This document shows, in pieces, positions 39,501 to 54,015 of a stretch of DNA of 64,000 bases. Under the pieces are notes generated by a model, which was not told the DNA's origin, ran no database searches, and saw only the letters and a list, made by a program, of their open reading frames with translations. Source of the stretch: Octopus vulgaris. Its lineage: Eukaryota. The stretch covers positions 59,458,001 to 59,522,000 of the forward strand of contig OX597828.1 in NCBI GenBank assembly GCA_951406725.2, given 5' to 3'. The translations under genes were made by a program, and so were the position numbers. Within the stretch, counting starts at the first letter, position 1, and each line of letters starts with the position of its first letter.

Positions 39501-39576
<76 letters not shown>

Positions 39577-39899
39577 ATATACCCACACATATATTATCTG
39601 TAATTGTGTATGCGAATGAAAGCAAAGCACGATCTGGACCTGATGCATAGCATATATTTATAGATTAGGAATAGGCGATCCGTTTTATTTCTTTTCGGAG
39701 ATCTACATGTTTATATTATACGCATCACTGATCGACCAGTAAATGTTTCCTGAATGAGAAAGTTTGATAGATCCACTGTGAACATGTAGTAGTCAAGACC
39801 CGTTATGTGGTCGAAAATGTTCCACTTTTAAAAAATAGGTAAACTACTGTTATGTAGGCAATGCTACGTGGGCTATTCCCCGTAGTTCATCGAATAGGA

Positions 39900-40500
39900 T
39901 GCTTATTAATTTGAGTTTCTTGTCCGAGGACAATGAGACATCTGGATGTCGTCCAGGAGAAAGTTGAATAATATTTCCAAATCCCAGCTGAAAAAAATTC
40001 GTTTCATCTTTTTGAAAGTTACACATCTTTGCAAACCTTTTGTAGAAAACTTCCTCAACAGGAGTTCTTTGAAACGAAGTTTTCTACAAAATTCCTCACT
40101 ATCTTTTTTATAAGACCTGCTGCGAGTAGTTTTGAAGTAGATGCGAATTTAAGACCATATTCCAAAAATATTACTTCAAATTTCATGGTCTTGTATTTCC
40201 TTGGATTTTTGTATTGCTTTCTTTCGTTTTAGTTCGGAACTATTGCTCCCAAAAAGGATTTTGTTTTGTGAGTCATTTATACTCTACCTTTCTATACTAT
40301 GTTTTCCGAAGGGATGTTTCCATTTCATTTCATGTCCAATATTAATTCCTATAACATCTTCCTTGGTATTTTGGCTTGTTTTGAGCAGATTCATACTATT
40401 TTCTCTGGTTTATTTATATTTTTGCGCCTGTTCTTCCATTGCTATTGTTTGGAAACGTTTTATGGTGGTCGAGTTTCTTTTAGTATGAACTGATGAATTT
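39900..40500 (-). mobile_element. Decayed Penelope-like ORF fragment (N-terminal to RT)
   Basis: Minus-strand YGLKFASTSK...DSEEFCRKLRFKE resembles the Penelope GLKF.PTP...D...F.RKLRLKE motif. Confidence 0.55.
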
Positions 40501-41049
40501 CTCTCCATTTTGTTTTATTAATTCTGCATACGAGCGGTTCGGGGTTGTGACTCTGTCATTATGTCTTCTTCTAACTTGTAAACTATTACGGGAGGGTTAC
40601 GGTTATTTATGTTCTTGTTAAGTTTTCTTATAAAAATAAAAATGTATGTGTCTATTTACTTTTCTCTATTTCTATTCTGAATTAGTCTTATATTTTTGTG
40701 ACCACAGGTATTATGATATTAGTAGTTGATTTTGTTCCTTGCCTTTATATGGCATTTCTCTAGAGATCTAATATTTTTTCACTTGTCTTTTTGAGTGTCT
40801 TTCAGTGAATTCCTTCGCCACAACAGCGTCACATTTTTCGAATTTGAATTTGAATTTAGGTACTCTTTGTAGGACTAATTCGAACGTTTAAAAGTACGAG
40901 GTGTATTCAGATTTTCGTTTGCTGATTTCATTCTGATCTTATCTCCTTGACCCCAAATTTACGTGGAAAACCGACATGTGCTCAGTTCTTTAAATCACTT
41001 AAGTGTCTTCCAGATTTTCGATTCTAAGTGCTTTTCAGTACGCTTTTTT

Positions 41050-42060
41050 CCTGGAAAGAAATCAACGCCAGTTCTGGGATAACTTTTCATCAATATTTCT
41101 AATTCTGTTTAAATGATACCTGGAGAAAATTTCTGGATGACTCCATCATATTTTGGGATAGAAGTAAGGAAGACCTTATAAGATTCCTTCAGTTAAAAAA
41201 CAGAACTCAAGAATCGACTTGAGTAACTATGGAAATGAATAGAAGAGAGCTTCTTCATTTAGACATACTGGTAATTTAAGAAAATAACACTGTTATATAC
41301 GACAGAGATACACATTTATAGATAAGTGTTAGGTCATGCTACGCATCCATATTAAACGGAACATTTTATTCAATATGACAAGATGTGTATTTTCAATAGT
41401 TTTGGATACAAATAAACGAGAGACACAATTGGTAGAACAAACGATAATCCTTCAGAAACAAAAATATGCGAAATAGTTTGTAAAACGTCATAACCACAGC
41501 AAATGAGATTTCTCTGAATCAATGAACACGAAAAAAAAAAGAACAGTAAAAACAAATATTCTGTTTGTAGCTACTTGTAATTACAGAAACCATGACATCT
41601 TACATTTGGCCATCTTAGTCTAATCATCAAGTATCAGAAAAATAATGAAAGAATCAGAAATCATCACCATTCTACCCTCCTTCATCATCCACGCATTCAT
41701 AAATGACTCTCAACAAACTCGAAATTCACGTCATCAGAAGAAACAATGCAAGAAACAATGAGGGTACCTTTGTTGTGATATGTGTGAATTAATTGAATGA
41801 AGCAAAACTAAACAATTCGAGGATGGGAAGGAATTGAAGAATAATGTAAACATGAACTGTGAGATAAACGAACTGTTATTTACTGCATCATGGGCCCACA
41901 ATTCAATGAGAATTATATTGGCTAACGGTACTAAAATTTGTACATAAGCAAAAAAATCGAAGATTCATCTCATAGAAAGATTCCATTTAGTGAGACATTT
42001 GCATGAAAGAAAAGTTCAAAACTTGTCCATCTTTTTTTTTTCAAAATAAGCATTTACACA
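41050..42060 (+). mobile_element. Highly decayed Penelope-like RT/GIY-YIG fragment
   Basis: Scattered pieces LDILV, HIKRNI and MNCE...ENYIG. Confidence 0.5.
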
Positions 42061-42156
42061 ATACGGAAAATTCTCTCCAAAAGGTTTGTCATTCTGTTTC
42101 TTTTAGGTTTATTTAAATATTCATATGCGGATATATACATATACATATATACATAC

Positions 42157-42204
<48 letters not shown>

Positions 42205-42222
42205 ACACACACACAGGCACAT

Positions 42223-42276
<54 letters not shown>

Positions 42277-42357
42277 TTGTTTATCCGCATTTATGTGTCT
42301 ATCTATCTGTGTATGTATTCATGATTACATATATATATATATATACTTATATATATA

Positions 42358-43070
42358 CAGGGGTTGCAGAAAATAATGGAAACACCTAGCAACATAGTAT
42401 CAGAATTTTGAAATATCTATAAAACCGTCAAAAGCTTGTTTATTTTTTTGTTTTGGGGGGAGATTTATTACTAGCGTTTCTTAATACTTTTTGCTAAAAT
42501 GCGGTTTCTTTTCAGATACCATCAGAAAACGGTAATTAAAATTCATTAAAATGACAGTTCTATCGGACTTTCAAAGAGGTCAAATTGTTGGTGCTCGTAT
42601 GGCAGGAGCTAGCGTAACGAAAACAGCCGAAATGTTTGGTGTATCAAGAAGTACTGTCTCGAAAGTAATGACAGGATTTGAGATAGAGGGGAAAAACCTC
42701 CTTGTCGAAACAAAACTCCGGAAGAAAGCCAAAACTTTCAGATGAAGACCGTCGGAATCTTATGCGAATTGTCAGAAAGGATCACAAAAGTACAGCTCCC
42801 AAAATTACTGCACAACTTAATGACCACCTCGAGAACACATTTGCACACAACATGTTTGCCGGGTGCTGCACAAAGTCAGATTTCTCAGAGAGCTGTAATC
42901 AGAAAACCACTACATTCAAAATCAAAAATGCAAAGCGTTTAGAGTGGTGGATGAATGTTATTTTTTCTGACAAGTCATCATTTACCTTGTTTCCGACTAC
43001 CAGCTGAGTACACATGTGGAGACAGCCAAAAGAAGAATTTGACACAGACTGCCTTCTGAATCTGTTTGTG
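42358..43070 (+). mobile_element. Tc1 transposon, 5' half
   Basis: TA-CAGGGGTTGCAGAAAATAATGGAAACACC terminus; transposase MTVLSDFQRGQIVGARMAGASVTKTAEMFGVSRSTVSKV...SGRKPKLS...VIFSDKSSF. Confidence 0.9.
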
Positions 43071-43320
43071 GGCGGACAGTACGGTGTTTGAAACTTTTCA
43101 GCATTGAACTGCATGTTATTTTCATCAGCCCACTTGTATAAAGTATTCAGGTTTTTCTGCTGTTTTAGGATGTCACCAGGGTCCTTGAACGGCTGTGATA
43201 CTTTTGTATCATCAGCATGGCTGGTGATTGTATGGCTGAAAGCATATCTGAGAGTTATCACAAATACTGGTGGTCCCACTACAGTTCTCTAAAGGACTCC
43301 GCTGAGAATTGATGCCAACC
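43071..43320 (-). mobile_element. CR1-like RT fragment
   Basis: SGV.*.TVVGP..FVI...SHADDTKV...YKWADENNMQFNAEK. Confidence 0.8.
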
Positions 43321-46240
43321 CAGAGAGCAAGCGAGCGAGCGAGCGAGAGAGAAAGAGAGAGAGAAAAAGAGAGAGAGAGAAAGAGAGAGAGAGAATGAAA
43401 GAGGGGGTGAGACTGTTGTCTCTTTACCGTCTGAAATCCAGTCCCGCCGACTTCAATTAAAGTACCAGTTAGATACTGGGGTCAATGTAATCCGCTGACT
43501 CCCACCTCCTAAAAATCACCTGATTTGTGTCAAAAATCAGAAAGAACTATTACGATTCTTGTTTTTGCTGCAAAACTTCTAAATTTACATGTTACTGTCT
43601 TGTATCATAATCATAAGTGTATTCCATAATTTCTTTATTAATCTTATTCTATAAAAATGAATAATTTTTTTTTATGTTACTTTAATGTTCCTCATATATT
43701 TTATGTTACTTTTAAATATATATCTTTTTCCTCATATATTATCCATTTATAGACTTCATTTTGGTTTTGGTCATACAGTTGTTATTTTTTCCATTTCACT
43801 TTCATGGTGAATCCACGATAATTTTAGTCTTCTTTTAATATTATGTATTTTGTTTATTACCGTTTTAAAATTATCTTTTTTGTTTAATTAATCTCCATAT
43901 TTAATTATACTCTATTTTAACTCTGTATAATCCATTAATTCTCTTTTATTGTCATTTTAGTTTTAGTTTTATATCTTCTTGTTATTTTCTACTCTTGATT
44001 CTTGTATTAAATAGGACATAGTTTCCAATATGGAAATAAACCAAACATACAATGTTTTGTTTTTTCTTTTTACATTTGAACAGATCTAATGGGCGAATTT
44101 ATTATAGCTCCATATTTTCTTTATTTATAGTTTGTTCTTTTCATAAATTTTTACAATTTTTCTGTTATTCATTTTCCATTGGTATTCATATTTCTGTAAG
44201 AAACCATGTTCTTCCTGACATAATGATAATCATTAATATTTTCATTGAGTCTTTACGGTTGTTTGCATATATTATTTACTTTTTGAAATTGGGTGTTTGC
44301 TTTTTGATTATGTTCTCTTCTTCAAACATAGAATTATACTTTGACTAACAATATTCCCATCATTTTCATCCCCACCCAAGATTCTTCTGTCATTTCAATA
44401 AATATAACTGACAATAACAAAAATGACGATAGCTATAATAGTAAAAGCAAGACAAGACTGAATTAAGAATTTCCATTTTCTATTTCTAAATCTAAAATTT
44501 AACCCATTCATCTCAGAAGCACAGTGCAGGAAGTAATATGAACTGTCAAGAAAAAAACCTGTATAAACACTAAGCATTACTTTCAATTAAAGTTCTTGTA
44601 TACTGGCACACACAGACGCACATATGCACACACACACTGCATGTGTGTGTAAGCATATAAATCTTCAGTTATTATAGATAGATAAACATTTATTTATCAC
44701 TTAGCTGTTCTTTTATTCAAGTGCAGTCATGCTGGGACATTGTCTTCCAAGGTCGATTATTTTACTGACTTCGGGAAATGAAAGGTTAAGTGGACTAATG
44801 CACAATTTGAACTAAATGTTACAGCAATAACAGAAGTTATTGCAAGAAAATCAAGCTAAGACTGAATCATACTTTTCTATTTCTATTTTATTTTAAAATC
44901 ATCCTTTCCTATTCTATTTTAAAATGTAAAATGGGAGTATTTTCATGTATAAAGGAACGTACCTATATACCACACGGTCTTTAGGCGCGTAACTTTTTCA
45001 TCTTGCATAGGGGACGTTGCAAGAATTATCTTCGCACACATTCGTACAGTGTTTGGTTGCTATTAAAAATATTTCTTCTAGTGATTTTTACGTACTCATT
45101 TTCGTTGTGTCTGTGGGTACTTGTTTCGTTATCGCTCCTCAGCTCTGAAACCAAATGTTTTAATAAAATATCTCGTCTGTGGTGTGAATTCAGTGCTCAT
45201 GCATACATCTCCCAAAGCTATTTTTTAATTTCTTTTGTAATAAATATTATATAGAGGTTTATATATTGCCTCGTTCTTCATGAACCCATTTGCTTGGAGT
45301 TAAACTGTTAAGTATTTTTTGTTCAAAGAAACTATGTGGTCTTTTGTATATCAGCTTTCCTTGCAATTTAGCAAATTTTTCTATCCGCATGACTTTTGAT
45401 TTCGAATAGCACTTCTTGTACTTATCTAATTTTGTTTTTATTTATTTATTTAAGGATTAGTAAATGAGGTATTACACTCGTGAGACATGTGCTTCTATTA
45501 CTACCCCATAGGTTCTCCATGAGGTAGTAATAGAAGAAAAAGGGCAATGGGTCAGGAGCTTGTCTTATTCTTTCGATGAAGTTTTTGTCCAGAGCCTATA
45601 ATTTTTTTTATATATTTGCCCTCCAATTTAGTGCCGATACATTTTTACTTTCCGCCTTCAGTTAGTGATAGCTATTCAACCAAAAGTTCACCAATCAACT
45701 ATTACACCTGCCTCACAAGACGTTGTAGGCGTTAGCATAATTTTCTGACTACCGTTTAGTGCTGACTGCGCAGTAAAAAATTTAAAAAATTCTAGCCTTA
45801 ACTTACCCATCTTGTATTTCCAAGATTACATTCTGCAACAAATATATATTTTTAAGACTGTAGGATGTGTTTTAAGCAGAATTTGGCTGCTATTTCCAGC
45901 AGTTGGGACGACCACATAGAGATAAATTCTTTAGCTCATTTCGGAGGGGACTTATGTATTAGAAAGCTCGTAAATTATATACAATGAATGAAGGAGAACC
46001 AAATGTAAAAGTATGTGTCATTCTATAGATATAGAGAACAACAACCATATTGGAGATATCACTTTTATTGCAAGTACATAGCCTACAACTTCAGTAAAAC
46101 GATATATCATTCTAGCAATCAGAAGCAGAGTGGAGTTCCGGACCAAAATGTATCTTTCTAGCTAACCTGAAGTGTGAGAGTATGTTGATGGGTTGCGTTA
46201 ACTGTTGACAACATGCAGATTGATGCAGCGGAACAGGATA

Positions 46241-46241
<1 letters not shown>

Positions 46242-46313
<72 letters not shown>
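46242..46313. repeat. (AAT)n microsatellite
   Basis: Direct reading. Confidence 0.97.
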
Positions 46314-46314
<1 letters not shown>

Positions 46315-47547
46315 GAAATAATCTGATGGGACTCGAGTGGTGTCTAACAAAACCTTCCCGTACATTTTCTAATTTCTTTTCAAATTATTCATAAAGCAGA
46401 TTATTTAAAGATTTCTTACGCTTCAAAACATGCTGTTATTACAGATACAATGATTTCAATAACGTTTTGTGAAATATTTTCATGCATTTGTTTTATTATA
46501 GAGATCGTCGGATTATACAGCTAATTACTATATTTACGGATTACTTTCTATTGTTTTATGCCTCACTACTTATTGAGGCTATGTTATGAAGATATTAAAT
46601 CTTAATTGAGGTAATGAGTTATTTATTAACTTATTATGTTCCTAGCAGCCTGAAATATTTATTGAATACTTCTTTGCTTTTTGGTAATTACCGAAGCTTA
46701 TGAAGATGCACAAACGAGTAATTTCCTCTGTTAAAGTAATAATAGGAAACTCATTCATAATTTCGTTAAAGACATCTGATCATAGAAATTTGATAACAAA
46801 AACTCATGTACGTAATAATAAATTTTATTATCATCATACATCATCATGTTTGCGGCGATTCATATAAATTTGCATTTCTTGGGTATCACTTCTTACAGAG
46901 ATATTAATTTAATCATTTACAATTCTCTGATTTCTGAAGCATTCATACATTACACTCGCCTATCAAATGATGTTGAGCGAATAATATCTCACTATTAAAT
47001 CATTATTATTTACATCATGGAACACTAATGAATTTAAGCATAACTTGGCTCTGTTGGAAGCCTAAGCGATTTTAACTGAAATATGTTTGATCCATAAGTA
47101 AGGCGTCAACAGAATTGTGTTTGGAACACTGATAAATAGAAAGAGAAACGGAGAAGTGATGAAGGGAGAATTAATAGAGAAAAATTGAAATAAAAACTTA
47201 AACAGAGAAATAATATTAATAAGGCAAGGTTTCAGAAACAGTGAAAATAAGGAATAAAAAGAATGTAAAGAAAATGGATGAGAGAAAATAATAAGGAAAA
47301 AAGTGTAGAAGATGAAGTAAAATGGAAGCCAAAGGTTTGTAGATGTAAGCGAAACAAGAAGCTAAGCCATATAGAGAAAAAAAGCCCAGAGGGGATTCAT
47401 TATTTATCACAACGGTGATAGACTAAATAGGATTATTTAATAAACAATTAGTTACAAGCTCAATAGAAAGCTATCCACACACGCTCGCACACGAGTGTGT
47501 GTATATGTATGCGTGTGTGTGTGTGTGTGTTTGTGTGTGTGTTTGTG

Positions 47548-47604
<57 letters not shown>

Positions 47605-48099
47605 TGTGTGTGTACGTATATACATTATGCGCATGATAGATCAGGAAATTTAATATTTCGTGACTGGTGAAGAGTGGTGATATTTCGGCGCCGTAGCAAG
47701 TCAGAAAGCGTCGGCACTGGTGTGATATCAAGGGTTTCATTCCTTTAAAATCTAATGTCCCTAAGGTGAGAGATTACTCTGTGTATCAGATCCAACGTTT
47801 TGAATTTGTGTCGCTTGAACCAGGATATTTAGACACTAAGAAATTAAATAAATTGTCCTCTAATGCTGACAGATCTCTCATTGAGAGAAATTGCTGGCTG
47901 TTTCAGTATGTAGCACTCTTCACTGAGACAAAGCCTGTAATTTCATGATCTGATGAAATATGGAGTAACTTTATTGATAATGCTCTAATTTACAGAGGGG
48001 TGTTTAGATCCCTGGCCTCTCGGTCGCCAGATAAATTGATATAGGTAAATGGAATTTCGCCGTTCCTTGATTTAAAGGAGTGAACATGCTGATGAATAG

Positions 48100-48320
48100 C
48101 ACGCAACAGACATTTGGTGGAAGAACGGCCTTATGGATCCTAACTTGGCTTGGATGCTGATATTCTTCTCGCCCAGACAACCTGGAGATGTCTTCTACGC
48201 AATGTTAGGAGAGTACAGGAGGCGGTAGAAAAAGCCAGTTTCTATATATGGGTGAAGCAGGAAAACCAAAAATGGCTTGAAAGTCATAACATGCCTGCGG
48301 GAAATAACATCATTAGGTGA
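48100..48320 (+). mobile_element. Possible Hero-like (RLE-type) non-LTR C-terminal fragment
   Basis: AQTTWRCLL...RRVQEAVEKASFYIWVKQENQKW resembles the Hero EAAEKAS.WLW.KR...W C-terminal motif; short and degenerate. Confidence 0.45.
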
Positions 48321-49344
48321 GACAAGCTGACACTGAATCAGCTTCGCTGACTGACAGGTGATGGTCGTTTAGAGAATGCGCGGGCTAAGACTACGCGCCT
48401 TCACTAGTCAGTTAAGGTGAGACAGTGTCACGTGACAACTTGCTGGGGCTGCCAGCTGGAGCCTAGGGGCAGGTATTTAAAGGGAAAAATTTGACAAGTC
48501 AGTCAGTCACCGGCTGACACTCGCTTTCGATACACCGAAGAGGCTAGGGAACAGAAGAAGACATGCACCCAACACCAGAGCTGAAGACACCTCTGAAAGA
48601 GGGTGGGGGCGCCACGTCAAAACGGTAGAGGAGTAGGGGCCGAAACCGGACGTAGTTCCTCCTGATGATGTCTTGAGCTAACTGGATCCTATAAAGGAGC
48701 TGTTGTGGTAGCAGACCACGAAACACGGTTGTAATTCCTCCCGTGACAATTCTGCTTTTCACTTCACTGACAGTGAAGACGATTCTGGGAGAGTGGTACT
48801 GAGATGTATGAACCAGCAAAAAGGGCTCTACCGTCTCATCATTGATCGTCAATGCAGGTGACATCTACTATTGTGTGTGATTGCTATATATGATTTCAAT
48901 TTACTTTGATCGAACAGACTTATGACCAAAGAGGAACTAGTAATAACCATCTTGCTTATATCTCAGATATAGTTAATTTTTATCACATTAGGGAAGGCCT
49001 CCTTACTTTTTAAAATAACTGTGTATTTAAGTAAGATTTGTATGCTATTCCTGTTGGTCTGAGTGAGCATAGAAAAGTAATCACTTGACCAAAAGTGTGA
49101 GTCTTTATTAGAGACGAAATACGGTGATGCGTTAACTCGTAGCGTAGTAAGTTTTTATGTAGACGTTATACAAATGTATCACACAGAGCTCACAGTCAGC
49201 ACCACTCTGTTATCATATTAAAGTTTATTAACTGAAGGATAGTAGAAGTGAAAATATCTCTAGTTATTCGAGCATAATATATATTGCATTGACATATACC
49301 AATAGTTACAACGTGACTCTTATTGAAAAGAAAAAGCTTTACAA

Positions 49345-49678
49345 TGTGGTTCTCAACCGGAGTCCATATGGCTTCCGGGAGTCCATGTAATATTTTGGGG
49401 ATCCTTACAAGCCAAATACCAAATTGGGAATCCTCAGAAGTATTTTAGGGGTCCATGAAAAAAATTGCTTTAGATGCATTTATTACAAGAAATAGCTAGA
49501 ATTCTTTCTCTAACACCATGCATAGTTCAAACTATGTGAATGCGTGAGAAAATAGAATAGGAATTTTGAAAGAGGTATCTATAAAAGTAGTTTTTTAACA
49601 TCGAATGATTATGGGGGCCCACCAGAATAGAATAATAATCAAAGAGTTCTATAGGTAAAAAATGGTTGAGAACCACTG
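49345..49678. mobile_element. hAT (Charlie-like) MITE
   Basis: TIRs TGTGGTTCTCAACC / GGTTGAGAACCACTG and 8-bp TSD CTTTACAA at 49337-49344 and 49679-49686. Confidence 0.85.
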
Positions 49679-50370
49679 CTTTACAACTTGATACATAACC
49701 ATGGTCAATGAACATAAAAGGCAATTGTAAGTCATTCTGTATCCAGGTCAACATTTCTGTTAAAGAAATTCAAATAAACTAGAAAATTTCGGATTACGGT
49801 GGGCATGTTCATCATTGATATTTGACAATTTTTGCACTGTACATTGAACACTTATTATTCCAATCACCTGATAACCACCCTCGCCAACAAATGGAATAAA
49901 AGCTCATTACAAATTCTCTAGTAAATAATGAGAGGCAGAGGTCAGAATCAACTCAGTTCTTCATTCTTCTTCCCTCATACGAATGATCGCAGCATCATCA
50001 TCGGTACCACAGAATAAGCCATTAATTTTTAATGTTTGCATAAATTATACTACATGTTTTAATGGCTTTTTTGTCATCGCCTTTGAAGATACTCGCAGAC
50101 ACAAAAATGTATAATGTATAGTTAAATGTATCTCTCATATTCCCTGTACAACCCCTTGCAAAGGCAAGAATATTAGAGGCAGCAATGATATCATCTTTGA
50201 ACGAATATACACATTCTATTTGCGTTGAAGAAAAAAACATGTCATCAGCAATATATAGGAAACATTCGCTGTTGCAGAAAGCTTCCGGAGTGAATATAAG
50301 CTCGGCGTACTTAATTGGAATAGCATTAAAATGAAATGGCAATCTATGATATGCTGAGAATATATGGGAG

Positions 50371-50658
50371 CGAGACAAACATCGTCCCATCTGTAACCAC
50401 GAAGAACACTAGGTGCATTTCGGTTTCTTTCGTTGAGTCTTATAAATGAAGTGTGGCCCCTAATTACAGCTCCGATGTTTTGTTCAACCTAACGGTTTTC
50501 CGCAATGGCAGGGAATGCATTGTTAACTCCTATACATCGGAGGATGGAGAGATTTCGTTTCGACATGTAACTCACAAGTACACCTCTTTGACAAGCGCAA
50601 GGAAACCGAAATATGTCTAGAGTTCTTGTGGGTCATGGCTGGGACGATGTTTGTCTCG
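50371..50658. mobile_element. MITE-like element with ~65-bp imperfect TIRs
   Basis: CGAGACAAACATCGTCCCA...TTTCGGTTTC is mirrored by GAAACCGAAA...TGGGACGATGTTTGTCTCG. Confidence 0.7.
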
Positions 50659-50752
50659 TTCAGATATACATTATTTTCGACACACGTCTATGAAGAGATT
50701 TTCTCCGAGATGAAAACATGCTTGTTAACACTGTATATACGTTTGGTATGAT

Positions 50753-50784
<32 letters not shown>

Positions 50785-51991
50785 TGTATGCATGCATGTA
50801 TGTATGTATGTATGTATGTATGTATGTATGTATGTATGTATGTATGTATGTATGTATGTATGTATGTATGTACGTATGCATGTACCTATGTATCGACTTA
50901 ATATCAGTACCTAAAATTATCGATATAGATCATTGGTGATCGATGACTGTATGTATATCAATTTAAACGTATATCAATGTATATGTTTATATGCATTGAA
51001 ATGTATTTGGTTTTGAATAACATTATGTTAAACTGTATTGAAAAAGCTATAAGCATTCATTAGCCGAATGTAAATGAGAACCTGAATTTCCACTGGGAGA
51101 GCAGTCGTCCTTAAGAACTACTGATGGATTAATGGCACGTGAATATGCCTTAAAGATAATTAGATAAGCTCGGCATATTTCCCTTTACAATTCGTCTATC
51201 TTGCTAATTATCTATGTATTCAGCTACATCGACCATAATTTATCTGATTAAATAAATAGCCGCCTAGTTGCTTTCTGTGAAATGCTACCTATAGATGTTT
51301 AAGTATTGATACCGAAATCGGAAGGAGAGATAGTATCTTACACAAGTATGCATGCAGTGATTGAAATTCAATGGTGTCTTTTACATTTATTCTTATCTAT
51401 TCTTTGAGTAGGTGGCTTTGTAAGATCTACGCATTAATTCTTTGTTTTTGTTTTCATGATATCATTAATAAAATGTGGCATTTGTTACCTCTGATTGAAT
51501 AGCAACGATCTTGAGGGAGTATTTTCGGAACGACAATACGAGTTTGGTAAATTGCTTTTAATTGTTGCAACCCCCCTCCAAAGAAAAAAGACAAACATAA
51601 GCATTGTTTTAAATAAACTTTTAAACTGAAAGCTGATATGTTGCTGACATTATGGAAAAATAACTGCTACATTGCTCTGGGAAGGTGCCAAGGGCAGCGT
51701 ATCAAAATTATTATTCTTAAAATTTAAGTAGGTGATATATAACGTTCAGCAGAACAATTTACAGAGTAGCTTGCGCTTAGCGTATAAGGAGTAGCAGGAC
51801 AGCTGCCATTATTATGGATTAGTAGATATAAAACAGAGGTGCGATCGTGTAAGCTTTCTCTATTATATCTCATAGCATGCAATTAAAGACTTCATTATAA
51901 AGATACATGCATAATTATTATCACATATAAATCGAAGTTTACAGTCGAAATTATATTGCTATTTCAGGTCGTGCATATAATCCTGTAGGTG

Positions 51992-52040
<49 letters not shown>

Positions 52041-52044
<4 letters not shown>

Positions 52045-52433
52045 CATAATTATTTATGTTATATAATATTATGTTATGTTGTATAAATAAATTATTGGAT
52101 TGTCAATAGTATATCTCTATATTTAATATATATATATATATATAGATATATATATATACAAAATTTAAAGGACTGAACACGAAAAGTGGACAGTCAACAT
52201 GCTAGATATAGACGTCAAATCGCTATTTTCCACAAAGAGTATGTTCTCTCTTTATTTGAGAACATACTCTTTGTGGAAAATAGTGATTTGACGTCTATAT
52301 CTAGCATGTTGACTGTCCACTTTTCGTGTTCAGTCCTTTAAATTTTGTATGTAAAAATATTTTAATCTTTGGATTCTTTTTAATATGTTGGGCCACTGGT
52401 TTTAATTGACTAATATCAATTTCTACCCTTATT

Positions 52434-52466
<33 letters not shown>

Positions 52467-52551
52467 AAATTAAATATAGAGATATACTATTGACAATCCA
52501 ATAATTTATTTATATAACATAAAATAATATTATATAACATAAATAATTATG
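52041..52551. repeat. Nested inverted repeats (near-perfect ~92-bp-arm hairpin inside an ~85-bp-arm inverted pair)
   Basis: 52156-52248 pairs with 52258-52350 (about 9-nt loop), and 52041-52128 pairs with about 52468-52551. Confidence 0.9.
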
Positions 52552-53201
52552 AAAACCATAAAGGGCCAACAAATTGTTTCGACTTATATATATATATATA
52601 TATATATATATTCTGATATACATAATCACAGTTCCTTTATATATAAAGACACTTCAGGGTCATGCTTTAGAAAAAGACAAAATTCAGTGTGAAAGGACTG
52701 CTGGATTGTAAAAATTAATTCAAATGTCTGTGTTATGAACGTGAGCATTAACTATTCAATCATACATCAATTGCAATTAAAAAAAACAACAACAAAAACA
52801 CTATAACGCAACCCACAAACATCGAAATTCACTTCATTACATCTCAAACACATACCAGTTGAAACCATTTCATGTCCAAGATAGTCGCTTGTCACCACAG
52901 CATACAACAATCAGATATGTGCGTATGTAAATGAATATAATTATCTAAGTCCTCTTCAACGTGTAACTGCAACAACAAATATAAACAATCACATCTTCAA
53001 TTGATCAACTCTTTTATATATTTAAATTAGTTGGTATATAAAACTTATCGTTTAAATTAACTAATATTGATCTATATCTATGATTTTCTATTGGTGGATG
53101 ATTCCGTAGTAGACATGAATAGTAACCTAGTGAAAATTTCTCTCTTTGTTTACTTAATCTATCGCAGGGAGAATTCCGTAACCAAAATACCCCACCCCAT
53201 A

Positions 53202-53235
<34 letters not shown>

Positions 53236-53261
53236 CATGCATGCATACATACGTACATACA

Positions 53262-53640
<379 letters not shown>

Positions 53641-54015
53641 TACATACATACATACATAGATATATACACATACATATGCACATACATATATATATATACA
53701 CACACAGAAAATACAGTTACTCTTAAAGATGCACTGCAAGAATCGACAAGATGCCAAATATTGTGGGCGCAGTAGCAATTTCAGCTCCATTCCGTGCAGT
53801 GGTGTTTCATCTATTATTCTCAACAGTGTGACTATTCCGGATGCTATATATTTTCACAGAGTGGATTTCACTGGTGTTTTCTTGCGAGTGTTGACGGTTT
53901 CAGAGCCGCCACTGGGTTCACTTGCATCCATCCAACAGAAGACCTCGACATTTTATTTCACAAGATTGCCCCTAGAATAAGACGGTATAATAATGACCAC
54001 TTTGTATGTGATGGA

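Larger units (their letters stand above)
35163..39502. mobile_element. Penelope-type pLTR remnant (inverted plus direct terminal repeats) split by Tx1 copy C
   Basis: 35246-35382 is a direct repeat of 39365-39502, and 35163-35246 is an inverted copy of about 39331-39417. A degenerate hammerhead core CTGAAGAG...CGAGAC lies at 39241-39325. Confidence 0.65.

Noticed and set aside
48635-48675. Permuted hammerhead (GAAAC...CTGATGA)
   Set aside because: No convincing stem I can form between the motifs.
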